Counted from the stretch's first letter, positions 12,964 to 26,445 are shown. The stretch: 64,000 bases of DNA from Mobula hypostoma (GCF_963921235.1 NC_086097.1:13144001-13208000); one strand, 5' to 3'. A program made the numbers and translations. The notes: a model not told the origin generated them from the letters alone.

Positions 12964-14338
12964 CTAAAAACACTGAGTGTATCTCAGGCTCCTGTACCTC
13001 CTCCTTGATGGTAGCAATGAGAAGAGAACAAGTCCTGATTGATGGGGGTCTTTAATAATGGTTGCCACCTTTTTGTGTGAAATAGTGAGCAGGGAAAGTT
13101 TAAGAGCAACTTGAAAGACAACGTTTTTATATAAGCAGTGGTATCCATGTGGAATCATTGCCAGGTGAAGTGACTGAGGCAGGTACCATTACAACTTTGA
13201 AAAGACAATTGGACAGGTACATGTATTGGAAAGGTTTAAGTTATTGGCAAACATTGGCAAATGGGACTTACTTGAAGGAGACACCTTGGACAGAATAGGC
13301 CTGTTCGGGTGAAAGGCCTGTTTCATGCGGTTTGACTCCATAACTTCATTTTGATTGGTTGATCGTGAAAATTTTCTTTTGACATTGAGAGCATCATTTA
13401 CACTTGTTTGCATAGTGTCACTGAGATTCATGATACCTGCTTGAATTATTGGCTCAGGTAGAATATTCAGTCAGTGTCCTAATTCCTAGAAGAGCTCTTC
13501 TTTCCTTCTGATAATGTTTCATTGCCTCATATCTCAGAAGCTAAGTCATGATGAAATGAATGACTTGAATTTCCTCTTCACTGAAGCTGATTTATTCAGT
13601 AAATATTTCATTTACCATTGTTTATATTTTAGACATCAAGCCCACTGCCTTTTTGTTCCAAAACAACTGCGGTGAATATGCAGCAGAATCAAAATCAGGT
13701 TTATAATCACCGGTAATTGATGTAAAATCTGTTGTTTTGCAGCGGCAATACAGCGCAAAGACATAAAATTTGTGTAGGTTCCTGCCACGGCCTATAAAAA
13801 ATTGTACATTCTCCCCGTGACCGTGCGGGTTTCCACCAGATGCTCCAGTTTTTTCCCCACTGTCCAAAGGCAAGTTGGTTTAAAGGTTAATTGGTCATTG
13901 TAAATTGCCCTGTGATTAGGCTAGACTCTTGCACAGTACTGCATTTGTCATTGTGGAGTGGAGAGTAAGTTTGCATATCTGACGAGAGCAAAGGATGTTG
14001 GGAATAGAGAAGGGGGAGTGCCGCAGGAGTGGTGTGGGACAGGTGGCAGAGAAAGAGTGCCAGGAGCGGGGTTGGCATGGGTACAAACAGACCCAACCCT
14101 GGAATACCAGGCAAGGTCACTGCATTCCAAATAATTGGTTTATTGAACATTGCAGAGTGTCTCTCTGGTGCTTCCTGCTCCCCTCCCCTTCTCCCAACCA
14201 TAATTCCCTTCTCCCTGGCCCCTTACCACTCTCAGTCCACAACACAATAGAGATCCATATTGGAATTAGGTTTATGATCATTAACGTAGGTCCTGAAATT
14301 TGTTTTTTTGTTTGCGGCAGCAGTACATAGAATTACAA

Positions 14339-14370
14339 CACTACTGTGCTAAAGTCTTAGGCACCCCAGC

Positions 14371-14405
<35 letters not shown>

Positions 14406-14429
14406 GCCTAAGTCTTTTGCACCATACTG
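14339..14429. mobile_element. Tc1/mariner-like MITE with internal (TA)n
   Basis: Imperfect TIRs cactactgtgctaaagtcttaggcac and gtgcctaagtcttttgcaccatactg, with TA on the right flank. Another TIR remnant lies at about 13925-13941. Confidence 0.7.
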
Positions 14430-15159
14430 TAGCTAAATTGTGCAGAAGAGGAATGACAAGGTGGTGTTCACAGGTACAGATATCTGATGGTGAAGGGGAA
14501 GAAGACAGTCATAAAACATAGTGTTTGGGTCTTCAGGCTCCTGTACCTCCTCACTAACAATACAGTGCTGATGATAGTGCACATTGATTGAAGGTTTAAG
14601 TTGGCATTACTGAAGGGTGAGAAATTCAACTAAAAGCATTATTAATCTCACCTTTTCTGAAGTGAATTGTGGTAAGTTATCACCGCAGACAATGAAGAGG
14701 CAAGCGAAGACAAAGTCGTGCTGGTGCGTTGCGAAGCCAAAGTGTAATGTGTTCAAGATGGGGTCATAGATGGAGCTGGAATGAGAGATTCAGAGAGGAG
14801 TATTTTCGTTGCTCGTTCAACTAACCCAGGTGTGAGGTTGGATCACCCTAACCGCTGAGCCAACTTGGAGAGATTGAGAACGGCTTTGGGCTGCGGCAGG
14901 GCCCCAGTCTTAATGCGAGGCAAGATCTGCTGCTTGGACACTTTAAACATTGGTCCGGGTAGCCTGGAAAGGCAGGGTGTTGGGACTGGATGTTGGGGTT
15001 GAAGGTCAATTTTGTGTTGAGGGTGTGAGACTGCCCCAGCTGCTGTGCTTCATATCTGGGAGCTTCATGGCAATTTGTCCCACCAATATGATGAGCTGAG
15101 ACTCAGGCTCCGGGCCTACTTTGGGCTGCTGTGGGGATTTGGATCTAAGGACTCAACTT

Positions 15160-16380
15160 GAATCAGAATCAGAATCTGGTTTATTATCACCGGCATGTGT
15201 CGTGAAACCTGTTAACTGAGCACCAGCAGAACAATGCAATACATGATAATATAGAAAGAAAGGAATAAAAAGAAAATCAAATACAGTAAGTATATATGTA
15301 TATTAAATAGACTAAAAACAGTGTAAAAACAGAAATAATATATATTGAAAAAATGAGGTAGTGTTCATGGGTTAAATGTTTATTTAGTAATCATATGGCA
15401 GAAGGGAAGAAGCTGTTCTTGAATCGCTGAGTGTACGCCTTCAGGGTTCTGTACCTCCTTTCAGATGGTAACAATGAGAAGAGAGCATATCCAGAGTGGT
15501 GGGGATCCTTACTAATGGACATCATCTTTCTGAGGCACCGCTCCTTGACGATCTCTTGGATACTAAGGATGCTAAGTAGATCCCAAGATGGAGCTGACTA
15601 ATTTTACAACTTTCTGTAGCTTCTTTCAATGTTGTGCAGTAGCCTTCACCTCTCCCAATACCAGACAGTGATGCAGCCTGTCAGATTGCTCTCAATGGTA
15701 TATCTATAGAAGTGTTTGAGTGTTTTAGATGGCAAACCAAATCTCTTCAAACTCCTAACGAAATATATCTGCTATCTTGTCTTCTTTATAGCTGCATCAA
15801 TATGTCGAGTCCAGGTTAGATCCTCAAAGATATTTACATCCAACAACTTGAAATTGCCCACTGTCTCCAATTTTGATCCCTCTGTGAGGATTATTTCATG
15901 TTCTCTCATCTTGCCCTTCCTGAAGGACACGATCAGTTCTCTTGACATTGAGTGTAAGGTTGTTGCTGCGACACCACTCCTCTAGATGGTTTATCTCACT
16001 CCTGTTTGAAAGTCTGTCATGAGCCTTGTGGCCTATCAGGCCGGTGCTTATGCCCGTTTCCGTGGCGCGAAGTGACTGAGAGTACGAGACTCCCCCCCAG
16101 ATATGACGCAGGTCTATCGTGAGGTTAACCCCCAGCATTTTTGCCGGTACCCATTCTCAGCTGGGTAAACTGGAGCACTGTGTGGTTAAGTGCCTTGCTC
16201 AAGGACACACACACTGCCCTGGCTGAGGCTTGAACCCACGACCTTCAGATCGCTAGTCCATCACCCTAACCACTTGGCCATGCGCCACATCTCACTCCTG
16301 TACGCCCTCTCATCTCCATCTGAGATTCTACCAACAATGGTTGTATCAACTGCAAATTTATGGATGACACTTGAGATCTA
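15160..16380 (-). mobile_element. Rex1/Babar-like LINE, RT C-terminus to (TCTGAT)n tail, interrupted by a SINE
   Basis: Minus 'HLEEWCRSNNLTLNVKR'. Plus-strand gaatcagaatcagaatctggtttattatcac marks the tail. Confidence 0.8.
16006..16288 (-). mobile_element. Full-length tRNA-derived CORE-type SINE with 13-bp TSD
   Basis: Minus strand has A box gtggcgcatggccaagtgg, B box gggttcaagcc, and CORE-like gtgtccttgagcaaggcacttaac. TSD atctcactcctgt at 15993-16005 and 16289-16301. Confidence 0.85.
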
Positions 16381-17384
16381 CCACCCTATGCCAACTGAGA
16401 ATACTGCCTGTCCCAAAAAATTCTAATTGTAGATGTTTTATTGTATGCAGACTGTGAGAATATTTCCTCAAATGAAACAGCTTTTTCAGCTGATAAAGGC
16501 AATCTCTCTATTATAAACCAGGTTATCAAAGGCTGTTGAAGTAAACCACTTCAGAATAAAAACAAATGGAATACCTATTCAATCGTGAGTAGAGTTTGCA
16601 TTTTCCACTATGCTCAAACCTACCTAATCTTAGTGCTAATTTAAAAATCATTATCACATCATTTAAAATAAATACTAATAATATTACACCAAGCAAAGTG
16701 ATCAGAGGTCAAATATTTAATAAAACTATAAGGAATACTTGTGGAATGAGAGGTATACTTAATTGAAACTCCCATTAAGTAGCAGTTTAACCTCCATTAC
16801 TTTAGGTCCACAACACCTTGCTTTCTAATCTGTCCCCTATCTATTTTGTTTGAAATTAATTACATTAATGAAATCAGAGGTGGGACAATGTGCAAAGTGG
16901 CAAGGTGGAAGGAAGATAACAGTGGCAGGTAGCTCATCAAGTTGTTTCCTTGGTAACATCATCATCGATATCAAAGTCCTCGGATGGTGATCAATATATC
17001 TTGGGTATATTCCTCCCCTCCACTGGACCATGCATTCTTCCCACAGTTATCATTGAGTAGGAAGTCCCACCACACCAGTTTGGAGATCCAGTTACCTCCT
17101 TTCACCTCTTGGTTCTTGAAACAAACAGAAAAAAAATCCCTAATCACTACAGTTTAGCAACACCGTGACAATTTCCGACAAAGATGGGCTTTGTTTTGTT
17201 TTGTTTTAATTGTGTTATTTCTTGCAAAAATTTATTATAATTTATGGTTAATTTATGCTTTTCTTTACGAATGCTACTTTGCCCGATGCTATGTGGATAT
17301 GTTGCTCCTGTGGTCACTAGTTTTTTAACTGCACCCATGCATACATGCACTTGTGCTTGTGATCAGCTCTGACTTTGACACCTC

Positions 17385-18492
17385 AGTCCTGCTCACCTGA
17401 CCTGGAAAATCCAGTGGTCAAACTTTGCCCATTTTATCTGCCAAGGGAGTTTTCCGCCATCATCCTGGTAGCAGTGTACATTCTACCTCGGGTCCAAGTC
17501 AGACAGGCTCTGGAGGAATGAAGCTCCGGAATCAGCAAGCACGAAACAGTGCAACCTAATGCCTTCCCTGTCATTGCAGGGGATTTCAACCAGGCCAGTT
17601 TGAAGAAATCTTTGAACAACTATTGCCAACATATCATCTGTGGAGCCAGAGGATCCAAAACACTTTACCTCAGTTATCCCACTATCAAGAAAACTTACCG
17701 TGCCATCCTGCGCCAACACTTTGGAAAGTCCGATCATCTAGCTGTACTCCTACTCCCAGCATATAGACAGAGACTAAATACTGCAGCTCCACTAGTGAGG
17801 ACCAAGCAGATATGGTCAAGGGAGGCAATGGAGCACTCACAGGACTGTTTTGAATCGGTAGACTGGACAATATTCAGGGACTCATCTTCGAATCTGAACA
17901 AATACAACAGAGTTGTCACCGACTTCATTAAGATTAGTTTGGATGAGTATGTGCCTTTGAGAGCAGACCAGACTTACCCAAATCAAAAGCTGTGGCTGAA
18001 CCACAAGATTCGTTGTCTGCTGAGGGCTAGATTAGTGACGATCGAGACCGGTGATCCAGAACTATACCAGTCCAGGTACGACCAATGGAAGTCTATTTTA
18101 GGAGTACAAAAACAATTCCGATTGAGGTTAGAAATGGAATGACATCTCAAAAAGGCAGAATCCATCTTTATGGACCCCTATCATCCAGGACGTGCCCTCT
18201 TCTCATTGTTACCATTGAGGAGGAGGTACAGAAGCCTGAAAACACGCACTCGTCACTTCAGGAGCAACTTCTTCCCCTCCACCATCAGATTTCAAAATGG
18301 ACAGTGAACCCATGAACCCTACCCTACTATATTTTTTCTCTCTTTTTTCACAGCTTATTTAATTTTATATATTTGTAGAACTTATTGTAATTTATAGGTT
18401 ACTATTATTAGGTATTACAATATACTGCTGCTGCAGAACAACAGATTTCTTAACATTTGCCAGTGATATTGAACCTGATTCTGATTCTGATT
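17385..18492 (+). mobile_element. Internally deleted Rex1/Babar-like LINE (APE endonuclease half joined to the 3' end)
   Basis: 'PFYLPREFSAIILVAVY...VIAGDFN...HFGKSDH...DCFESVDW' up to about 18140, then a jump to 'DPYHPGRALFSLLPLRRRYRSL' and the tail cctgattctgattctgat. Confidence 0.8.
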
Positions 18493-19234
18493 CATTTGAA
18501 TGAGGTCACAGGTTCTGAGGAATAAGAAAAGTTTATTGATTACAACATAATAATCTCTACAGTACTAATTGACAAGTTTTGAAACCTGGACCTCTGCAAA
18601 TTTCTCTGCATTTGGATTCCTGAATTCCTCATCAGGAGACGGCACCTCAAGGACGTGTGATTAGCCTGTTGATCTACACACTTTGCACTCATGACTGTGT
18701 GGCTAGGCACAGCTCAAACACCATCTATACATATACCAATGACACAACTGTTATTGGGAGAATCTCAGATGGTGACGAGAAGCCATGCAGGAGCGTAATA
18801 GATCAACTGGTCAAGTGATATCATAATGCAACCTTGCATTCAATGTCAGCAAAACCAAACAAATGACTGTGGATGCCTGAAGATGCACATTCAATGTTTT
18901 ATGAACAGAATCAGGCCCTCTTCCATCATCTTTCTGAAAGATCTATGAACTCATAAACACTGTCTGTGATAGATATTCACTCCTTGCCTGTAGGCCTCTT
19001 CGTTTTAGCTAATCTTGCTTTCTCAAGAGAACAGCTGCCACTTGTAAGATCACAAACGATCGTATATAGACTTCCAGCTAACAGTTGTTTTATTTCTGGT
19101 CATAAATAGAAGTCAGAGTTCAGTTCTTAAAAATGTAAATGGCAAGCAGTAATCAGCTTGAAGTTAAATCAAGTACTGTCTATAAACAGCTTTGCCAACA
19201 AGCTCTGTAGATATTAGATGCTATGTCTGTGGGA

Positions 19235-19553
19235 AGCATGATAAGACGTACACACAGAATCTGGCCATTTGGCCCAACATGCCTGTTCCACCATCCAATC
19301 ATGGCTGATCCAATTTTCCTCTCATCCCAATGTCCTGCCTTTTTCCTATATCCCTTCATGCCCTGACCTGTCAAGAATCTATCAATTTCTGCCTAAAGTA
19401 TAAATGAAGGCTTGGCCTCCACAGCTGCCTGTAGCAAAGAATTCCACAGATTCACTACTCTATGGCTAAAAAAATTCCTCCTCATCACTATTCTAAAAGG
19501 AAGCTCCTCAATTGTGAGGCTGTGTCCTCTGATCTTAGACTCTCCCACCATAG
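19235..19553 (-). mobile_element. CR1 3' fragment, truncated by the adjacent young CR1
   Basis: Minus 'RGHSLTIEELPFRIVMRRNFFSHRVVNLWNSLLQAAVEA'. Confidence 0.8.
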
Positions 19554-21683
19554 CATGGATGGATGAACTACAACAATTGTTCATCCCAGTTTGGCAGAAG
19601 AATAAATCAAGGAAGGTAGTGCACCCGTGACTGACAAGAGAAATTAGGGATAGTATCAATTCCAAAGAAGAAGCATACAAATTAGCCAGAAAAAGTGGCT
19701 CTCCTGAGGACTGGGAGAAATTCAGAGTTCAGCAGAGGAGGACAAAGGGCTTAATTAGGAAGGGGAAAAAAGATTATGGGAGAAAACTGGCAGAGAACAT
19801 AAAAACGGACTGTAAAAGCTTTTATAGATATGTAAAAAGGAAAAGACTGGTAAAGACAAATGTAGGTCCCCTGCAGACAGAAACAGGTGAATTGATTATG
19901 GGGAGCAAGGACATGGCAGACCAATTGAATAATTACTTTGGTTCTGTCTTCACTAAGGAGGACATAAATAATCTTCCAGAAATAGTAGGGGACAGAGGGT
20001 CCAGTGAGATGGAGGAACTGAGCGAAATACATGTTAGTAGGGAAGTGGTGTTAGGTAAATTGAAGAGATTGAAGGCAGATAAATCCCCAGGGCCAGATGG
20101 TCTGCATCCTAGAGTGCTTAAGGAAGTAGCCCAAGAAATAGTGGATGCATTAGTGATAATTTTTCAAAACTCGTTAGATTCTGGACTAGTTCCTGAGGAT
20201 TGGAGGGTGGCTAATGTAACCCCATTTTTTAAAAAAGGAGGGAGAGAGAAACTGGGGAACTATAGACCGGTTAGCCTAACGTCGGTGGTGGGGAAACTGC
20301 TGGAGTCACTTATCAAAGATGTGATAACAGCACATTTGGAAAGCGGTGAAATGATCGGACAAAGTCAGCATGGATTTGTGAAAGGAAAATCATGTCTGAC
20401 GAATCTCATAGAATTTTTTGAGGATGTAACTAGTAGAGTGGATAGGGGAGAACCAGTGGATGTGGTATATTTGGATTTTCAAAAGGCTTTTGACAAGGTC
20501 CCACACAGGAGATTAGTGTGCAAACTTAAAGCACACGGTATTGGGGGTAAGGTATTGGGGGTAAGGTATTGATGTGGATAGAGAATTGGTTGGCAGACAG
20601 GAAGCAAAGAGTGAGAATAAACGGGACCTTTTCAGAATGGCAGGCGGTGACTAGTGGGGTACCGCAAGGCTCAGTGCTAGAACCCCAGTTGTTTACAATA
20701 TATATTAATGACTTGGATGAGGGAATTAAATGCAGCATCTCCAAGTTTGCGGATGACACAAAGCTGGGTGGCAGTGTTAGCTGTGAGGAGAATGCTAAAA
20801 GGATGCAGGGTGACTTGGATAGGTTGGGTGAGTGGGCAAATTTATGGCAGAAGCAATTTAATGTGGATAAGTGTGAAGTTATCCACTTTGGTGGCAAAAA
20901 TAGGAAAACAGATTATTATCTGAATGGTGGCTGATTAGGAAAAGGGGAGGTGCAACGAGACCTGGGTGTCATTATACCCCAGTTATTGAAAGTGGGCATG
21001 CGGGTACAGCAGGCGGTGAAAAAGGCGAATGGTATGCTGGCATTTATAGCGAGAGGATTCGAGTACAGGAGCAGGGAGGTACTACTGCAGTTGTACAAGG
21101 CCTTGGTGAGACCACACCTGGAGTATTGTGTGCAATTTTGGTCCCCTAATCTGAGGAAAGACATCCTTGCCATAGAGGGAGTACAAAGAAGGTTCACCAG
21201 ATTGATTCCTGGGATGGCAGGACTTTCATATGAAGAAAGACTGGATGAACTGGGCTTGTACTCGTTGGAATTTAGAAGTTTGAGGGGGGATCTGATTGAA
21301 ACGTATAAAATCCTAAAGGAATTAGACAGGCTAGATACAGGAAGATTGTTCCCGATGTTGGGGAAGTCCAGAACGAGGGGTCACAGTTTGAGGATAAAGG
21401 GGAAGCCTTTTAGGACCGAGATTAGGAAAAACTTCTTCACACAGAGAGTGGTGAATCTGTGGAATTCTCTGCCACAGGAAACAGTTGAGGCCAGTTCATT
21501 GGCTATATTTAAGAGGGAGTTAGATATGGCTCTTGTGGCTACGGGGATCAGGGGGTATGGAGGGAAGGCTGGGGCAGGGTTCTGAGTTGGATGATCAGCC
21601 ATGATCATAATAAATGGCGGTGCAGGCTCGAAGGGCCAAATGGCCTACTCCTGCACCTATTTTCTATGTTTCTATGTTTCTAT
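19553..21683 (+). mobile_element. Young 5'-truncated CR1 LINE (ORF2 RT region, pseudogenised)
   Basis: RT motifs KSPGPDG, NYRPVSLTS, QHGF, YLDFQKAFDKVPH, GVPQGS and FADDTK. (TTCTATGT)n tail. Lesions: TGA at 19628, a 14-bp tandem duplication at 20537-20564, and TGA at 20932. Confidence 0.95.
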
Positions 21684-21929
21684 AGCCTTAGAATGGGCTC
21701 TATGACTGTGGACTCACTTTCAGGGCCTCTGTAGATGTCCTGTATGTTATTTCTTTAGTTTTTTTTATTTACTTTTTGCACAATTTGTCCTCGTTTGTAC
21801 AATGGATGTATGGTGGTCTTTGTTGTGTGTGGTTTTTCATAGATTCTGTTGTGTTTCTTTGTATTGTGGGTGCCTGTACACAGATGAATCTCAAGGTTGT
21901 ATATGGTATACAATACTTTGATAGGTTCT

Positions 21930-22470
21930 TTAAAGTTGTTATAGCCAGGGGTGGTAGTAGGAATAGGCTCCCACTACCTATTAAATACTCCCAATGACAG
22001 CGTATCAAATAGCCTCTGACAATCAAGCCCACTTCCTGGCCTTCATGTGTGGCTTAGTTACCAAGCCTGGTGGAACCGTTTCTACTAACAGGAGAAGGAA
22101 CAAAGGCGAGTTAGAGTCACCATGGACAGATGGGGCTTATTAACATGGTGAGCAGCTCATCTAGGAGAAGGAAAACTCTGAACTCAAACCTCCACTGCCT
22201 TGTGGATATACCTACTCATGGAGAAGGCTTTGGGAGCAAATCCCAAGGGAAAAATCCAGAGCTGGAATTTTATGTTGAATTCATTGCTGACTGGCTACTC
22301 GTGCAACAATATTGGTGCCAAACTGTATTGGTCTCTGCTGTTCCTTTGGGTTCATCAGCTGTGTGGAAAGGGAAGCTTGCTCTCCATATTGCACTGCCCT
22401 GGCTCGCATATCTAGACAGTTAACATGCAGCATCCATGCTCGACTCTATCCAACAGAGACTGGGGAGACA
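21930..22470 (+). mobile_element. Dispersed repeat resembling an RTE-clade LINE 5' UTR (copy 2)
   Basis: Aligns by eye with 11850-12190 and extends further 3'. Confidence 0.6.
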
Positions 22471-23704
22471 TACTTTGATAATAATTTGAACTTTGAACTT
22501 TGAGATTCTCATGTAGGAGACGGACTGGAGTACACTAATTTTGTAAAAGGATGTAGTGTAAACTTTTAAGATAAGGCTTAGTATATTACTGAGAAGGCAA
22601 TTTAACATAACAGGAAGTGTTATTACAATATTTAATGGAACACTTACAAACACACCACCAAAATGCTTGCATTGGATATCCATTTAACCTACAAAGTCCA
22701 TGCCACAAACTTCAAGAAGGTTTGTCTCTGAGTTGATTCAAACCTGCCCACCATATCCCCTACCACTTACCATGAGTCAACAGACCTTGCCAGTGGGACA
22801 CTCTTGGCGGCAATGAGGAATTAAGAACACCAGTTCATAATTTTTTGAAATGACACTCTCAGTGATCAAAAAGTTGATTCAAATGTACCATAATAAACAG
22901 CCACAAAAATTGAAAGGCTTTTTTTTATCACTTTGATTTCCAAAAGAAAAGTGGTTGAGCTTCTGGTTTTCTTTTAATGCTTGGCCCTCAGGGTATAGAA
23001 GTACATAACGTTCTCTTGAGAACTGGACTTCACATGTTCTGTGAAATACCTGTCTCTTAATTATAGCTTTTACTGTTAAATGTCAAATCCTATTTTCTTC
23101 ACCATGTGGCCTGACTTGAGATCGGAAATATTCAATGAAGGCGTTCAAAATCTTATTCTTCTTTAGAAGACACTTTTAGGCATTCAAAGATGGACATAAA
23201 TGTTGTGACGACTAATGCAAAATGCTCCCTTTGTTCTTGTAGGCTTAGTATGCACTGCTAAGATTGTAAACTTATCACCATTATTATGCAGTGGATTATA
23301 TATTAAAGTTTGTTATGTTGCTGGTTTTGCAAACATATTTTCAGATATTCCTTGGATCCATCAGATGAATCCAACTGGTAATGATGTGGATTTAGATGAA
23401 AGCAATTACCAAGCAGTCATCAAACACCACATCACATGCTCTGGGATGGCAATTATAGACAAAAAGGCAATATCATAATTAACAATTTTGCCAAGGGAAG
23501 ATAAGTATCCTTGCCAGTCCTAATCTGTTTGTGTGTACCCGGAAGATGTGAGGAATTCAAAGCTTGTGAGGAGCCAATGATGGCTGCCAAGATGAGAAAG
23601 AAGTCTTGCAGTAGATTAAGAGTAACACACACAAAATGCTGGAGGAACTCAGCAGGTCAGGCAGCATCTATGGTAATGAATAAACATCAACGTTTCAGGC
23701 CAAT

Positions 23705-24097
23705 ACAGTGTCAGGGTGGAGATACATCTCTACCAATGGAGATGTAAGTTACCTCTTCCCTCTGCTAGCCTGCAGGTCACCCTTGGGCAAGGTGTAGCAC
23801 CTGCTGAGCACTCCCCCCCCCCCGCCTCCCCCCGATCAGGATCATGGGAGCAGGTGGTGGATATTTGTATGAGCAGCTGGTTCCTATCACAAGCCCTGGT
23901 TTTGTGACCACTGAAGCCAGGTAGACAGTCTGTGAGGAGTATTGATAATGGCTGGGATCATCCATCTTGTAAAGACACTGCCTAGAAGAATGCAAAGGAA
24001 AACCACTTCTACAGAAAAAAATTTGCTAAGAACAATCATGATCAGGGAAAGATCATGGTTACCCACATCATAAGACACGGCACAAAACAAATGAATG
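23705..24097 (+). mobile_element. Non-autonomous element with an RTE/BovB-like 3' tail, inserted into a Penelope-like end
   Basis: The 3' part (aaaaccacttct...tttgctaagaacaatcatg...acacggcac...aatgaatg) resembles RTE tails. The flanks cgtttcaggccaa and ccaggactgg are two halves of a minus-strand PLE hammerhead. Confidence 0.5.
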
Positions 24098-25029
24098 CTC
24101 ACGTAAAGACCAGGACTGGTCCGAATTTCTGGCATCCACAGAATCTCATGTGTTTGAAGTGGATTAAATTTTATTTATGAAAAACAATGGATAGCTTGAG
24201 ATATTCTCTTTGTCCTAAGCATCCATCCCCACCTTTCATGCAACTTAAAACTCATCTGATGAAACGTCCCAACAAAAAGAGTTTACCCTATTTCTCTTTC
24301 CAAATTTGTTTCAAGCACTTTTGATTTTAATTTCAGATTTTCTCCCATCTCTGGTTATAATTTGATTTTTTTCCCTCTGGAATTCAGCTCTTTGGTGTAT
24401 GTTGAGAACAAGGCTGTGATGTGGTCTAGAGTCAGGTGGGTCTTACAAAGCACAAATGGTACATCGACGAGCAAGTTTAATAGAGATTAAGTACGATTAG
24501 GCAGCAATGTTGATGATAGCTTTCACCGACTTGATGATGACTGAGTGAAGTAATTAGCAGGATTGATTTATCCTGCTTTTTGTAGATAGAGCTTAATATC
24601 CAGACAATTTTCCATGTTGTCATGTAGATGCCTGTGTTGCTGGCTCACGGAACAAGATACAGGCAGCAACACTTATCAAAGGTTGGCTACAAATGCTCAT
24701 TAATAAAACAACAACACAATACTGAGGCAGTTTATACCTGAAGAGAGAATAGCCTCATGGTTATGTGATGTGACAATAGCTCATGGTACATTTTGTAAGA
24801 AACTTCATTGTTCAGGGAAAATCAATAAAAAAAAGCTTCAGATGCTGACAATCTGAAATAAAATCAGAATTGCTGGCTTTAAAACAATACCGTATACACA
24901 GAAAAAGGAACTAAACTGCTCCTTCACAACTGCATTAGAGTTCAAATTTCAAAGTAAATTTATTATCAAAGTACATATGTATATGTCATTATATAGAACC
25001 AAGAAATTCATCTTCCTGGGGGCATAATC

Positions 25030-25400
25030 ACAACTCCTCCAAGAGGACCACACCCGTGTTGTGGTTTGGAGGCTTGCGTGCCTCAGTGACCCAGACAGTG
25101 ATGCTGGCTGGAGACAGGGCTTTATGCTTTGGTTCTTAATATGCTCACCCATGCCAAATAGGTCAAAGGGTAGAGAACACACTGAGTGTAGTCCACGAGT
25201 CGTCCAGGTTCGGGGGTTCCGCTCAGGGCTAACAACTCTGACTGGTAAAACAAAATTGCTACAGAAACAGCAATGAAGAACCCTTCTACATATGCGTGTG
25301 ATGGTATTCCTGAGTCTCCACCTGGGACAGTAGTGAAAACCGAGAGGAAGCTACTGACATGATGAAGGCAGCCCGAAACGCCAGCGATGTAACAGGCGTG
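25030..25400 (+). mobile_element. RTE (Expander/Rex3-like) 5' UTR fragment inserted in a Rex-type 3' UTR
   Basis: ggaggcttgcgtgcctcagtgacccag...cacccatgccaaataggtc...gggctaacaactctgactggtaaaac recalls Expander/Rex3 5' ends. Confidence 0.55.
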
Positions 25401-25994
25401 AGTATACAGTGAGTATACTCAGCAGATCTAAAGAACAGTAACAGTGAAAGATCATCCGGAGTACAGAAGACAACACACTGTGAAAATGCAGATATAAATA
25501 AATAGCAATAAATAACAAGAACATGAGATCATGAGATAACTTCTGAAAGTAAGATCATTGGTTATAGGAACATTTCAGTGATGAGGCAAGAGAGTGTAGT
25601 TAACCTTTTTATTTGAAAGCCTGATGGTTGGGGGGTAGTAACAGTTCTTGAACCTGGTGGTGCGCTTTCTAAGGCTCTTTATCTTCTACCTGATGGCAGC
25701 AGCAAGGAGAAATCATGACCTGGGTGGTGGGGGTCTTTGATGATGGATGATGCTTTCCTTACATTTATTACAAACCTTTGGAACAAAGCCCCTTAATCAC
25801 TTTGTTCTACCCATTTAGCACCACCTCCCACTCTGGCTCTCTGTTTTTCTCTGTTTAAACTGACTTGTTTTCTCTCTTTTCTCAGTTCTAATGAAGGTTT
25901 TCAATCTGAAACACTGATTATTTCTCTTTGCACTGATTCTGACTGACCAGAATTTTCTGCTTTCGTTCTCTAGAATTTAATTTTTTCAAAACCA

Positions 25995-26445
25995 TGTGAG
26001 GAGCTTTTGATGGCTCTGGGCCTGTACTTGCTGGAGTTTAGAAGAATGGGAGAGGGGAGTCTCACTGAAAACTATTGAATTTTGAAAGGCCTTGATAGAA
26101 TAGATGTGGAATGGATGTTTCTTATGGTGGGGGAGTCTAGGACACAGGACACAGCGTCAGAATAGAGAGACGTCCATTTAGAATGGAGGCGAGGAGGACT
26201 TTCTTCAACCAAAGTGGTGAATATGTGGAATTCATTGCCACAGGTGGCTGTAGAGCCCAAGTCATTGGGCATATTTAGGGCAGAAGTTGATGGGTTCTTG
26301 ATTAGTCAGGACATGAAGGATAATGGGGAGAATACAGGAGATTGAGGCTGAGAGAGAAATGAATCAGGCATGATGAAATGACAGAGCAGACTTGATATGC
26401 CAGTTAGCCTAATACCGCTCCTGTATCTTATGGTCTAATGGTCTA
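25995..26445 (+). mobile_element. CR1 3' end
   Basis: 'ALGLYLLEFRRM...LKGLDRIDVEWMFLMVGESRT.GHSVRI' and a UTR ending gctcctgtatcttatggtctaatggtct. Confidence 0.8.

Noticed and set aside
16015..16065. GAAAC and CTGAT motifs in the SINE tail suggesting a ribozyme
   Set aside because: No CUGANGA core, and no GAAA after the small hairpin.
16220..16288. tRNA-like sequence here and at the V-SINE heads
   Set aside because: These are SINE heads with A/B boxes, not complete cloverleaf tRNA genes.
23345..23377. Possible 33-nt plus-strand micro-exon (ttttcAG...GTaatg)
   Set aside because: Supported by splice-like ends only, with a weak pyrimidine tract and an unrecognised peptide.
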